DNA of 64,000 bases from a virus, in IMG/VR virus record IMGVR_UViG_3300021963_000055, positions 1 to 64,000 of that record; one strand, given 5' to 3'. The notes beneath the pieces were generated by a model that was given only the letters and a program-made list of their open reading frames with translations, was not told where the DNA came from and did no database searches. The stretch's first letter is position 1; the number at the start of each line of letters is the position of its first letter. Made by a program: the position numbers and the translations under genes. Below are positions 27,594-36,717 of this stretch, piece after piece.

Positions 27594-27837
27594 TAATAAT
27601 CTTTATTATGCATTTATTACTGTCTTTGCAATTATAGGATATATAATTGTAGTGGATAAAAATGTTGCAACTTATATAACACTACTATATAAACTATTGC
27701 AAGTAAATGTAAGAAAATTTATATTTTGGATTCAATTTTATCCAAAACTTCGATATGATACTTGGAAATTAAAAAGAAGCATGAAAAAATTCATCAAAGA
27801 AATGAATCAAGATACATCAGGAGATAATAATATCTAA
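27586..27837 (+). CDS. Hypothetical membrane protein
   Basis: N-terminal TM helix; GGAGG SD before ATG 27586. Confidence 0.7.
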   Translation: MINNNLYYAFITVFAIIGYIIVVDKNVATYITLLYKLLQVNVRKFIFWIQFYPKLRYDTWKLKRSMKKFIKEMNQDTSGDNNI

Positions 27838-27840
27838 AAT

Positions 27841-27856
27841 TGTATCAAATATTACA
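27841..27856 (+). promoter_or_regulatory. NtcA binding site
   Basis: TGTA-TCAAATAT-TACA matches TGTA-N8-TACA; upstream of the glutamine riboswitch. Confidence 0.7.
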
Positions 27857-27878
27857 ATTTTACTCAGATATATATTAA

Positions 27879-27982
27879 TACGTTCATCTGCTATTTGCGA
27901 ATAGCGAATGCAGACGGAAGTAAGCCGACTCGGAACGGATCGTTCATCGGGAAACCGACGCAAAAGCCGACTGAAGGAACGC
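27879..27982 (+). ncRNA. Tandem glutamine riboswitch (glnA-type motif)
   Basis: Two units CGTTCATC...GACG(GAAGT/CAAA)AGCCGACT...GGAACG. Confidence 0.85.
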
Positions 27983-28012
27983 TCTTTAGCCTAAAAATTA
28001 AGGAGAACCCTA

Positions 28013-28171
28013 ATGTCACAAGCAACTTATAGAGGGTGTAAGTATAACACTGACACACCCAAAGAAGAATATCGCCAGTGGTATTCACAAACCCATGCTC
28101 CAGCTCATCCACAAAATACATATCGTGGTGTTGCTTATCGTCCTTGTAACAACCAGGAGGTAGCAAAATGA
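28013..28171 (+). CDS. DUF4278 (YRG-repeat) small protein
   Basis: Manual translation MSQATYRGCKY...NTYRGVAY...; AAGGAG SD. Confidence 0.85.
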   Translation: MSQATYRGCKYNTDTPKEEYRQWYSQTHAPAHPQNTYRGVAYRPCNNQEVAK

Positions 28172-28251
28172 ATTGGTTGAATGTTATTCGTAAACAAATT
28201 CAAAAACAAAATCGCCTACGTCAAGCACAACTTGTAATGGCAATGAAATAA
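28168..28251 (+). CDS. 27-aa basic peptide (MNWLNVIRKQIQKQNRLRQAQLVMAMK)
   Basis: ATGA overlap with the DUF4278 gene; AGGAGG SD; ends at the terminator. Confidence 0.7.
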   Translation: MNWLNVIRKQIQKQNRLRQAQLVMAMK

Positions 28252-28280
28252 AAAAAGAGGGGGTCATAAGACCCCCTTTC
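28250..28280. terminator. Bidirectional terminator between convergent units
   Basis: A-run, GGGGGTC-ATAA-GACCCCC, TTT. Confidence 0.75.
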
Positions 28281-28281
28281 T

Positions 28282-28704
28282 TCATTCTGACTGTTTTTTC
28301 TTGCCAATATTATATTTACTTTCTAAAGTCCATTCATGTTTGTCTTTAAATGATAAAACTTTAATTTGACTTAATGGAGCTGCATCTGCTACTTGATCTG
28401 CGTTTATGATCTTTACAAGACCCCAATCTTGAAGCAGTTGTGCAATTCTGTTTTTCCTTTGTACATCATTCTGGAAAAGGTTTGCTCTTTTTCCATCGAG
28501 AGCAAATAGCTCTTTAAAATGTACAATATAATATCTACCTTGTTTATGTAATATATGACAAGATTGATATATTTTTTTTTCTTTGCGTGATGCTACGCCA
28601 ATTCTAGTAAGTGTCTCTCTAACTTTTAGAAAGTCATCTGGTTCACTTAGAGTTACTTCAACCATTTGATCTGGTGACCAACTTACTTCACTATCAGTGT
28701 TCAT
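28282..28704 (-). CDS. regA: Translational repressor RegA
   Basis: DDFLKVRETLTRIG, CHILHKQGRYYIVHFKELF. Confidence 0.97.
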   Translation of the reverse strand: MNTDSEVSWSPDQMVEVTLSEPDDFLKVRETLTRIGVASRKEKKIYQSCHILHKQGRYYIVHFKELFALDGKRANLFQNDVQRKNRIAQLLQDWGLVKIINADQVADAAPLSQIKVLSFKDKHEWTLESKYNIGKKKQSE

Positions 28705-29083
28705 TTTTTCCTCCACGATTCAACTTAGATTTAATAAATTCAATTTGTTCGTCTGTCAAAATTTTCAAAGCATTTTTTGCTTTTTCATTATTATATCCGT
28801 AGTACTGTTTGATGTACTCCAGAGAATCCAGCTTCTCTTTCTTTAGCCAAGGAGAGAACCGTTTCTTTGGTCTGATAATATTTATATAAAAATCATATTG
28901 AAGTTTCTTGTCTAAATCGGAATGTAGATTCATTTCATTTGCCAATAAAACAGTATCAACAAATCCAGAAAAGCATCTATTCACAATAAATGAAGGATAT
29001 CCATTTTCACAAAAAGGATCTTCATCCATCAAATTTAATTTAGTCTGATTAATTGAATTTAAATAATCTTTTAGTTCTGCCAC
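28694..29083 (-). CDS. gp62: Clamp loader small subunit
   Basis: Y..FIVNR..S...D....NEMN; position. Confidence 0.92.
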   Translation of the reverse strand: MAELKDYLNSINQTKLNLMDEDPFCENGYPSFIVNRCFSGFVDTVLLANEMNLHSDLDKKLQYDFYINIIRPKKRFSPWLKKEKLDSLEYIKQYYGYNNEKAKNALKILTDEQIEFIKSKLNRGGKNEH

Positions 29084-29086
29084 AAT

Positions 29087-29374
29087 TTACACAATAATTT
29101 TTTTATCGGGAGTAACAATTTTACTAAACATTTGTTTATATTGGTCTACAATATCAGAATTTACTTCCGCAACATAGACTACAAATCGCTTATTGACTGG
29201 GATTTCTTTCTGATCTTCGCTGATAATAGGAGACCAAGGAGCAAATCCCATCTTTCCCTGTCCAGTAGGAATTGCAACAATTGCATCCTGAATGGCGAGA
29301 AATTCATCTCCATCCTCCACAATAGTAGCAACAACGTCTTCACCTGAAGACATACGAATTAGTTTTACATTCAT
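29087..29374 (-). CDS. Conserved hypothetical protein
   Basis: VKLIRMSSGEDVVA...GFAPW. Confidence 0.8.
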   Translation of the reverse strand: MNVKLIRMSSGEDVVATIVEDGDEFLAIQDAIVAIPTGQGKMGFAPWSPIISEDQKEIPVNKRFVVYVAEVNSDIVDQYKQMFSKIVTPDKKIIV

Positions 29375-30318
29375 TTGAATTTACAATCACACATTAGTTC
29401 GGTAAAGCAGGCAAGAAGATTAATTTCTTGATCTGCTGCAAATGGAATTTTAGACTGATAATTTGCAATGATAATTACAGCCTGGGGAATGGATTGTGGT
29501 TCTAAAGAAGAATACAATACATCATAAACACTACGAATAACACGATTTACATCATTATCTAGGTTTTCCACTACCCACTTTCTAACAGAAGCAAAATTTC
29601 TATCTTTCATAAAACTAACAAGAGCTTTAGTATTTACATCAGAAAATGCAGTTAAAACACCACTGTCAATTATTCCACTAGAAGAATATCGCTGAAGTTC
29701 ATTTAAAACTCGTCGCCAATCTGGAAAAAATTTATTGATTACTTCTGCAACAACCTTTTCATCATACTGAACATTCTCTCCCTCAAGAATAATCCTGATA
29801 TGGTTGAAGAATTCTCCTGCAACCTTTGGCTTGTCCTTTCCTGCAATACTGAAGTCAAAGACTGCACACCTAGATTGCAATGGCTCAATAATCTTGTTCT
29901 TATAGTTGCAGGTGAAGATAAACCTGCAGTTGCTATGAAACGTCTCAATATTAGCCCGTAGGAGGAGTTGAACGTCGTTGGTTGTGTTATCTGCTTCATC
30001 AATAATGATGACTTTTGGTTTACCATTTCCTTGAAGTGATACGGTCGAAGCAAAGTTCTTTGCTTGGTTCCGTACCGTGTCCAAAAATCGTCCTTCATCA
30101 GATCCATTGATGACATAAAAATCTACCCCCAGTTCATTACATAGTGCCTTTGCAATAGTGGTTTTTCCAATACCTGGAGGACCACATAATAGTAAATTAG
30201 GAATTTCTCCCTGATCTACGAAATTTTGAAATGTATCTTTTACATTTTTAGGAAGAATACAATCACTTACCTTCTGAGGTCTGTATTTTTCCACCCACAA
30301 GAAATCATTACGAATCAT
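29371..30318 (-). CDS. gp44: Clamp loader large subunit
   Basis: LWVEKYRP, GPPGIGKT, IIDEAD, SRC. Confidence 0.97.
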   Translation of the reverse strand: MIRNDFLWVEKYRPQKVSDCILPKNVKDTFQNFVDQGEIPNLLLCGPPGIGKTTIAKALCNELGVDFYVINGSDEGRFLDTVRNQAKNFASTVSLQGNGKPKVIIIDEADNTTNDVQLLLRANIETFHSNCRFIFTCNYKNKIIEPLQSRCAVFDFSIAGKDKPKVAGEFFNHIRIILEGENVQYDEKVVAEVINKFFPDWRRVLNELQRYSSSGIIDSGVLTAFSDVNTKALVSFMKDRNFASVRKWVVENLDNDVNRVIRSVYDVLYSSLEPQSIPQAVIIIANYQSKIPFAADQEINLLACFTELMCDCKFK

Positions 30319-30322
30319 TCAA

Positions 30323-30991
30323 TTAACCTCCAAAAGTGGAATCTGGTTCTAGTGCAATCCAATATTCAAGATTGTACTTTGAACTAGTAAATTGAGAAAT
30401 ATTTAAAGAAGAAACTACAACTTTATATACATCGGGAATAATTTTAATATTCTCAATCTTGAAGTTAAAAATAAATTGTTTATTTGTTTCTCCTACTTTG
30501 GCAGAAAAATTATTTGAGGTATCATTATCTTTGTTTCTTACAACAAGATTAATTTCTCCATCCTCACCAATCAAAGACATATCTTTAAGCTGATACACGT
30601 TTGCAGCTTTAAGAAGTGATGATAATACTTCTTCACTCAATTCAAATTCAACCAGCTCTCCTGCCATGACAATATCTTTATCTGGGGGTGTCGTAATTAA
30701 AGTTGGATCTGAAAAGAAATATTTTACCTTTGATCGACCATTTTTGATAGTCATGTAACTTGGATTGCTGAAGATAAATTCCGCATCTTTGAATAGAGTT
30801 AATCCACCAAGAAACTCATTTAAATCGTAAAGTGCAATATCTTGTTCAAATACTTCACTGCACTTATACTCTGCAAGAATATTCTTTACAGGAGAAATAG
30901 TACGAATTACACTACCAGCCTTTACTACGATAGAAGAATTGATAGTGGCAAAGTTCTTGAGAACATTTAGAGTTTCATTGGAAATTTTCAT
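30323..30991 (-). CDS. gp45: Sliding clamp
   Basis: LKNFATINSSI, YDLNEFL, YWIALE. Confidence 0.95.
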   Translation of the reverse strand: MKISNETLNVLKNFATINSSIVVKAGSVIRTISPVKNILAEYKCSEVFEQDIALYDLNEFLGGLTLFKDAEFIFSNPSYMTIKNGRSKVKYFFSDPTLITTPPDKDIVMAGELVEFELSEEVLSSLLKAANVYQLKDMSLIGEDGEINLVVRNKDNDTSNNFSAKVGETNKQFIFNFKIENIKIIPDVYKVVVSSLNISQFTSSKYNLEYWIALEPDSTFGG

Positions 30992-31302
30992 ACTGATTTA
31001 AACTCCTGAAGACCGTTGTTGGTACGTGAATAATGTTTATCAAAGTGAAGCAAAAGCATAGCATAGTGAATGACTTTCATCAAATCACGTTTGTTGTGAC
31101 CATCTTTGTCACCATAACGAGAGCCATATTTTAAGATGTTCGCTTGACAGAAATCTTGAGCTAGCCCTTTGGCTGCCATAAGATCAATAGTCTGAACATC
31201 AGAATATTCTTCGTCATGTCCACAGTAGTGGCTTCCATAAGTACTTACTACATACTCCTCAATATCCTTAAGAATCCTGTCTTCATTGTACTTCCATTGC
31301 AT
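30988..31302 (-). CDS. DUF3310-like conserved phage protein
   Basis: TY..HY, NILKY.SRYG.KDG...DLMKVIHY. Confidence 0.8.
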   Translation of the reverse strand: MQWKYNEDRILKDIEEYVVSTYGSHYCGHDEEYSDVQTIDLMAAKGLAQDFCQANILKYGSRYGDKDGHNKRDLMKVIHYAMLLLHFDKHYSRTNNGLQEFKSV

Positions 31303-31344
31303 AATTAAAATCTCCAAATAAAAAATGGGGAGAAAGACTCCCCT

Positions 31345-31373
31345 AGTATACATCAATCAGATAGAGCTGTCAA
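31345..31373 (-). promoter_or_regulatory. Sigma70-type promoter
   Basis: TTGACA-N17-TATACT. Confidence 0.7.
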
Positions 31374-32469
31374 GTGCTTCTTGATTAGGTTCTACCACAT
31401 TTTCTTCAGTGGCATCTAGAGCAGAAGCATCAATGTTCTTATAAAGATCTAGGAAAGAACTCTTGGTATCATCATCAAAACGATTGATACAAACATTGAT
31501 AGCCTTCTTGCGATTCTTGAAAATGGCAAATGACTGAACAATATGAACAAGGCGACGAGTAGTAATAATTTCATCTACGCCACCATCATAGAAGGTTTTG
31601 CGAATGTTGTCAGCCCAGACGATCAGCTTGTCTACAAACTCCTCATCAACAACCTCAAAAGAGTTCATCAGATTCATGAGAATCTTCTTTTCAGTTGTCA
31701 TGGAAGGATATGGTTGCTCAAACGTGATGGGGAAACGTTCTAGGAAAGCTTCATTCATTACATTGGTTCCAATAAAGCGACCATCATCAGAACCCTTACC
31801 TTTGGTGTTGGCAGTGGCGATCACATTGAATCCTGCTGTAGGAGTTACGTACTGGTTGATCTTTTTGAGGAAAACACCTTTACCTTCTAGGACAGACTGC
31901 AAACACATGATCTTGTTAGAAGCAAGGTCAATCTCATCAAGCAGAAGAACTGCACCACGCTTCAGAGCATTCACTACAGGACCGTCATGCCATACAGTTT
32001 CTCCATCAACAAGTCGGAAGCCACCCAGCAGATCATCCTCATCGGTCTCAATAGTGATGTTGACACGAATCAGTTCACGCTTCAGGTGAGCACAAGCTTG
32101 CTCTACGCTGACAGTTTTACCATTGCCAGAAAGACCAGTAATGAAAACAGGATAAAACATCCCAGACTTGATAATCCGCTTCACATCACTGAAGTTACCA
32201 AACGAGACGTAGTTTTTGTCTTTCTGTGGAATGAAACTAACTACAGGAATAGCAGGAGTTGCAGACATAGAATTAAAAGTTTTTTCAAGTTGTTCAGTTA
32301 CAGTCAAATTCCAGACTCCACGACCAGTTTTGTTGGGTTCAAGTGTCTTGCAGATAGATGCAAGAGAAGTGTTTGAGCTTGCAGCATATTCAATGAGTTG
32401 TTGGCGAGTCACAGTTTCGCCGTAAATAGCAGTCAGGTTTTGAACAAGCTGATCAATCATTTGAGTCAT
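31357..32469 (-). CDS. cobS: MoxR-family AAA+ ATPase (CobS-like)
   Basis: GLSGNGKT, LLLDEID, ATANTKG, AFLERF. Confidence 0.9.
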   Translation of the reverse strand: MTQMIDQLVQNLTAIYGETVTRQQLIEYAASSNTSLASICKTLEPNKTGRGVWNLTVTEQLEKTFNSMSATPAIPVVSFIPQKDKNYVSFGNFSDVKRIIKSGMFYPVFITGLSGNGKTVSVEQACAHLKRELIRVNITIETDEDDLLGGFRLVDGETVWHDGPVVNALKRGAVLLLDEIDLASNKIMCLQSVLEGKGVFLKKINQYVTPTAGFNVIATANTKGKGSDDGRFIGTNVMNEAFLERFPITFEQPYPSMTTEKKILMNLMNSFEVVDEEFVDKLIVWADNIRKTFYDGGVDEIITTRRLVHIVQSFAIFKNRKKAINVCINRFDDDTKSSFLDLYKNIDASALDATEENVVEPNQEALDSSI

Positions 32470-32498
32470 AATGAAGTTACCTCGTTTGGTATGAAAGT

Positions 32499-32527
32499 AG
32501 TATAGGGCAAAGGGAGTGGAGTGTCAA
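32499..32527 (-). promoter_or_regulatory. Sigma70-type promoter
   Basis: TTGACA-N17-TATACT. Confidence 0.7.
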
Positions 32528-34668
32528 GCGATTTGCTCGATGAATTTCGATAAGATGATCTTATTAAAAGCCTTCTTACTCATTTTAGTTTTAAATGCTG
32601 TCAGTACATTTGATGAATTTACTAAAGAGTCATCAGTGGGAGAACTATTTCCAATTTCAATAAAGTAGAGTTCATTGTACCCCAAAGAAGTTGCAGTAAA
32701 TGACCTAGTTTTTGCCCACTCTGAAGACACTTCACTCCAAGATGAAAATTCATCTTGAAGATAACGATTAAGAAAACTCTTAGCTCCATAGAAATCAATA
32801 AGTCGGAATCCCACGGCATTAGATCCAGTAATTTGACGATAGTAATCTACAAATGCACTGGTAATTCCCATACTTCCATTCTTACTGATATTCATCATGG
32901 TAATTTTGTTTTTCTTGTCTTGAAGACATAGAACTTCATTAAAGTTAAGCCACCCAGAATGAACAATGTTTTTACTACCATAACTTGGACGATTGTATGC
33001 AACTGAGTTGGATTCTCCATCAGTCAAGAAAACTGTGTTAACCTTATCTACTTTATAAGTTTTTTTGAACTTGTCAAACACCTCAATAGCTGCGAATACG
33101 CATTCATTTAGAGGAGTGCTACCTAGATCATAATGACCATACTCACTAGTTAGATATGATTGCTGATCTAGAGTATGTGCGAGTTTCCAAAGATTCTTCA
33201 TCTGACTCTCCATTTGAGCAGTATTCATTTTACTACTCAGAAAATTCACAAGAAGAAAATCACTATTGATATAAATTTGATTTTCCTTTACGGTTATTTG
33301 CTTACTGCGAGACATTTGAGCATAGTTCTTTGCAATGTTCCTGTCGTTAAAGGAATACACTTCAAAAGAAATCTGTGTCTTTTTACAGAACTGAATTAGA
33401 TTGAATAGTTGCTTGATAGTGCCTACTAGGTTTCCTTGCATGGAACCAGACCAATCAAGATACATGATCAGACCATGAGACTTACCTTTAGGAACTACAG
33501 TTACCTTCTTGAAGATATCATCATTCCACTTGTAGGAATACATCTTATTGGTATCAAGAACACCAGTCCCAGCAGTAGCAGACCGATTGTATTCGGCTGC
33601 TCGCTTCTTCATTTCAAATTCCTTAATCAGATATGACACAGACTTCTTACAATCATCTTTGTAATTTTTGTAATCATTTTCTGCTTTGTTAAACATACTC
33701 TGGTAATAATTCTTGTTTTTATATCCAGAGTGATTAGCATAATCAATTATGCTGGTAAAAATCTTGGGAAGATCGTTGACACATTCTTTCCAGGGAAGAA
33801 GATGATTATCAATATTAATAGATGGTGGAGTCAAATAGATGTAGGTGTCACCAGTAAGACTAGCAAGTTGCTGTTGATTTTTAGACCATGCCTTATCCGT
33901 ATCAGAACTAAAATCTGCTTGCTTCCCTGAGTTGGTGGAAGAAGATGGAGTAGATTCCTCAGGAACATCTTCCTTATTGTCGCAATCTGATTGAGCAGAG
34001 ATTTGATTCTGACTATCGCTCACGTTACTCTGAAAACTCTGATTCTCTTGAGGATCCGACTGATTTATTTCACCTTCAAGTGAATCACCTGCAGTAGAGG
34101 TCAATTGAAGTTCAACTTCTTGTTCAGTGTGCTCTACCAGTTCTTTGACAATATTGACAACATCATCAAAAGTTTCTGCATTAGAAACTTTACCAATAAT
34201 TACCTGCTCTTCTGGAGTAAAATTGATAAACACCCCAGCATTAACGTTACCAAGTTTAAAATGAAGATTAATTTTATCAATAAATTTCAGTGAATTGATA
34301 TCAATTGTTTTAACTTCAAAGAAATCCTCATCATGAAGTTCTGAATATCCACGATAAAATGCACGAGCAAGACCAGGGTACTTGCGTTTCATGAGTTTCT
34401 CGATGCGAGCATCCTCAATCACGTTCAAGTAACCCTGAGGGAGATTTAAATCACTACCATAAAGATCTGGAGTGTAAATGGCATGACCAACTTCATGACC
34501 CACAAGAAGATCATATACATCATTAGAAGTGCCTTCCCAAATAGGAAGAGTCAGCACACGATTGTGAGTGTCAAAGCTTGCAGTAGAAACAGAACGATGT
34601 TCAACGGTGAGGTTTTCAGTCGCTAGGAGTTTCGCAAGAATACTCTTGGTCTGTTTGATGTCGGACAT
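32524..34668 (-). CDS. Metallopeptidase-like plus VWA domain protein (CobT-like partner)
   Basis: HEVGH...EDARIE; MIDAS DWSGS, STPL, LTDGE. Confidence 0.85.
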   Translation of the reverse strand: MSDIKQTKSILAKLLATENLTVEHRSVSTASFDTHNRVLTLPIWEGTSNDVYDLLVGHEVGHAIYTPDLYGSDLNLPQGYLNVIEDARIEKLMKRKYPGLARAFYRGYSELHDEDFFEVKTIDINSLKFIDKINLHFKLGNVNAGVFINFTPEEQVIIGKVSNAETFDDVVNIVKELVEHTEQEVELQLTSTAGDSLEGEINQSDPQENQSFQSNVSDSQNQISAQSDCDNKEDVPEESTPSSSTNSGKQADFSSDTDKAWSKNQQQLASLTGDTYIYLTPPSINIDNHLLPWKECVNDLPKIFTSIIDYANHSGYKNKNYYQSMFNKAENDYKNYKDDCKKSVSYLIKEFEMKKRAAEYNRSATAGTGVLDTNKMYSYKWNDDIFKKVTVVPKGKSHGLIMYLDWSGSMQGNLVGTIKQLFNLIQFCKKTQISFEVYSFNDRNIAKNYAQMSRSKQITVKENQIYINSDFLLVNFLSSKMNTAQMESQMKNLWKLAHTLDQQSYLTSEYGHYDLGSTPLNECVFAAIEVFDKFKKTYKVDKVNTVFLTDGESNSVAYNRPSYGSKNIVHSGWLNFNEVLCLQDKKNKITMMNISKNGSMGITSAFVDYYRQITGSNAVGFRLIDFYGAKSFLNRYLQDEFSSWSEVSSEWAKTRSFTATSLGYNELYFIEIGNSSPTDDSLVNSSNVLTAFKTKMSKKAFNKIILSKFIEQIA

Positions 34669-34691
34669 AGATGCCTCAATTCAGTCCTCAT

Positions 34692-34720
34692 ATAGTAACA
34701 GGTCCATCCCACTGTGTCAA
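34692..34720 (-). promoter_or_regulatory. Sigma70-type promoter within an inverted repeat
   Basis: TTGACA-N17-TACTAT; -35 flanked by TCCATCCCA/TGGGATGGA. Confidence 0.65.
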
Positions 34721-34742
34721 TGGGATGGATTATAAGGATTGC

Positions 34743-36455
34743 TTATAGCTCTTTTACTTTACTAAAATTCTTGACTTTCTGGAATTGTAGAACCTTTTCA
34801 AATTTATCGTGAAGCATATCTCCTTTATGAGAGATGACAAACACATTTGTATCAGCATCAATTCCACGAATAATACGAAGAAAATCTTCAGTGCCAGAAG
34901 TATCTAGTGAACTATCAAAAACTTCATCCAAGATTAGCAAATTTGTATTTGTAGAATTTTTTAGTTTAGCAACTGCTCTCCAAGTAAACATCAATGCCAA
35001 ATCAATTCGCATCTTTTCTCCTTCTGAAAATGAAGTGTAACTAAATTCATCCCGATGTCTAGATTTGATAGTTTCTTCAAAGTTTTCGTCAAGATTAAAG
35101 TTTACATAGAAGTCCATTAACTGAAGATACTTATTGATCAACTGATTCATTACTGGCAGATATTTTTTAATGATCTTAGACTTGATGCCAGTATCCTTTA
35201 ACAAACTAGAAATAATTTCAAAGTATGTTTTATTGGCTTTCATTTTGTCAACTTGCTTTTGCAGAGCAACTCCTTCAGAAGCAAGTGCGGTTAGTTTTTG
35301 TTTTTCAGTTGCAATGTCTTTATCGGATTCAGAAATTTTTTGAATTTCTTCTTTAAGTGCATCAATAAATTTTGTGAGTCCGTTACACTTATAATTTTGT
35401 GATGTCATCTTGACAGTCAAATCATTAATTTCAGCTAAAATTTTCTGAGATTTATCAATGATTTCTTGTGACTCTTGAATTTTAATTTCAACTTCCTTTA
35501 TTGAATTTTGAAGTTTTTCTATCTCAGAGTTGCATTTTGAAATGTGTTTGATTTTAACTTCATCAGTCAAATCCTGATGGCAAGTTGGGCACGTATGATT
35601 TTGATCATAAAACTGGATATTAGATTCATGATCGGATAGTTTAGTCGAAAATTTTGTCCTATAGTTTTCAAGTTCTTTGATATTAATTTTTGGAAGACTT
35701 GCAAGCTCTTTATTTTTAGCGTGAAGATCTTTACAGATTTTATCGTAGGTTTCGTTGCATTCCGTTATTTGTTGTTCGTAATCTTTTATTTGAGCTTGCT
35801 TATCTTCGATATTTTTCTGAGATTGATTTTTAATGTAGTCAATATGATTCTTTTGCATCTTAACTTTTTCTTTCAGAAACTCAATCTCATTTTCATATGA
35901 TTTGATATTGTCATTATTTGTTTTGACTCTATCTTTCAAGATGACATTCATTGTCGAGAAGATACGAATGTCTAGAAGGTCTTCAATAATTTCTCTGCGG
36001 TGTGCTGCAGGAAGTTGCATGAATGGAACAAAGGTACTTGATCCAAGAATTACAATCTGAGTAAATGATTTGTAATTTAATTTTAGAATATTTTGCTCTA
36101 GATATTTTTGCTGATCTGACGATGCAGCAGCTTGATCCAATAGCTGACCATCTATCCAGATCTCAAAGATGTTTGGTTTGAGTCCACGAATAATTCTATA
36201 TTCTTTTGAACCTATACTGAACTCTAGGTCTACTTTACAGTCTTTTTCGTTTATAGAGTTAATAAGTTGGTTTTTATTGACCTTGCGAAAGGACTTGTTG
36301 AAGAGAGCAAATACAATAGCCTCGATAACGGTACTCTTACCAGCTCCATTAGATCCAACTACCAAGGTTGTATTTGCGTCGTTTAGATTAATTTTTATAG
36401 GTGTGTTACCTACTGCAAGAAAATTAGAATATGTTATAGACTTAAATAAAATCAT
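34743..36455 (-). CDS. gp46: Recombination endonuclease ATPase subunit (Rad50/SbcC-like)
   Basis: GSNGAGKS, CPTC hook, FSEGE, LDEVFD. Confidence 0.96.
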   Translation of the reverse strand: MILFKSITYSNFLAVGNTPIKINLNDANTTLVVGSNGAGKSTVIEAIVFALFNKSFRKVNKNQLINSINEKDCKVDLEFSIGSKEYRIIRGLKPNIFEIWIDGQLLDQAAASSDQQKYLEQNILKLNYKSFTQIVILGSSTFVPFMQLPAAHRREIIEDLLDIRIFSTMNVILKDRVKTNNDNIKSYENEIEFLKEKVKMQKNHIDYIKNQSQKNIEDKQAQIKDYEQQITECNETYDKICKDLHAKNKELASLPKINIKELENYRTKFSTKLSDHESNIQFYDQNHTCPTCHQDLTDEVKIKHISKCNSEIEKLQNSIKEVEIKIQESQEIIDKSQKILAEINDLTVKMTSQNYKCNGLTKFIDALKEEIQKISESDKDIATEKQKLTALASEGVALQKQVDKMKANKTYFEIISSLLKDTGIKSKIIKKYLPVMNQLINKYLQLMDFYVNFNLDENFEETIKSRHRDEFSYTSFSEGEKMRIDLALMFTWRAVAKLKNSTNTNLLILDEVFDSSLDTSGTEDFLRIIRGIDADTNVFVISHKGDMLHDKFEKVLQFQKVKNFSKVKEL

Positions 36456-36717
36456 GAGTGATAGTATCAGGAGGAATTACAAAATCATCGGGGGTAATTA
36501 CACAATAGCTGTAACCAAAATTTTCACACGCTGCAATAGCATCTTCTTCTTCTATCTGAATTAATTGCATTTCGGGAAAACCATCAGCCTCTAAAAGTCC
36601 AATATATCGAGCTGCATCATCTTCATCAACAAACATCTGAAGAACTTTTGTTCCATCAGATGTTGTTACTGCGTATGCACCTTCTTCTTTTTTGTCTTTT
36701 AGAGTGAGTATGAACAT
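36442..36717 (-). CDS. DUF3110-like hypothetical protein
   Basis: EGAYA...F.DEDDA.RY..LLEA..F...VIPP. Confidence 0.8.
   Translation of the reverse strand: MFILTLKDKKEEGAYAVTTSDGTKVLQMFVDEDDAARYIGLLEADGFPEMQLIQIEEEDAIAACENFGYSYCVITPDDFVIPPDTITHDFI

Noticed and set aside
27891-28166. 91-aa minus ORF
   Set aside because: Antisense to the riboswitch and DUF4278 gene, which have SD and motif support
31598-32089. 163-aa plus ORF
   Set aside because: Antisense shadow of the AAA ATPase
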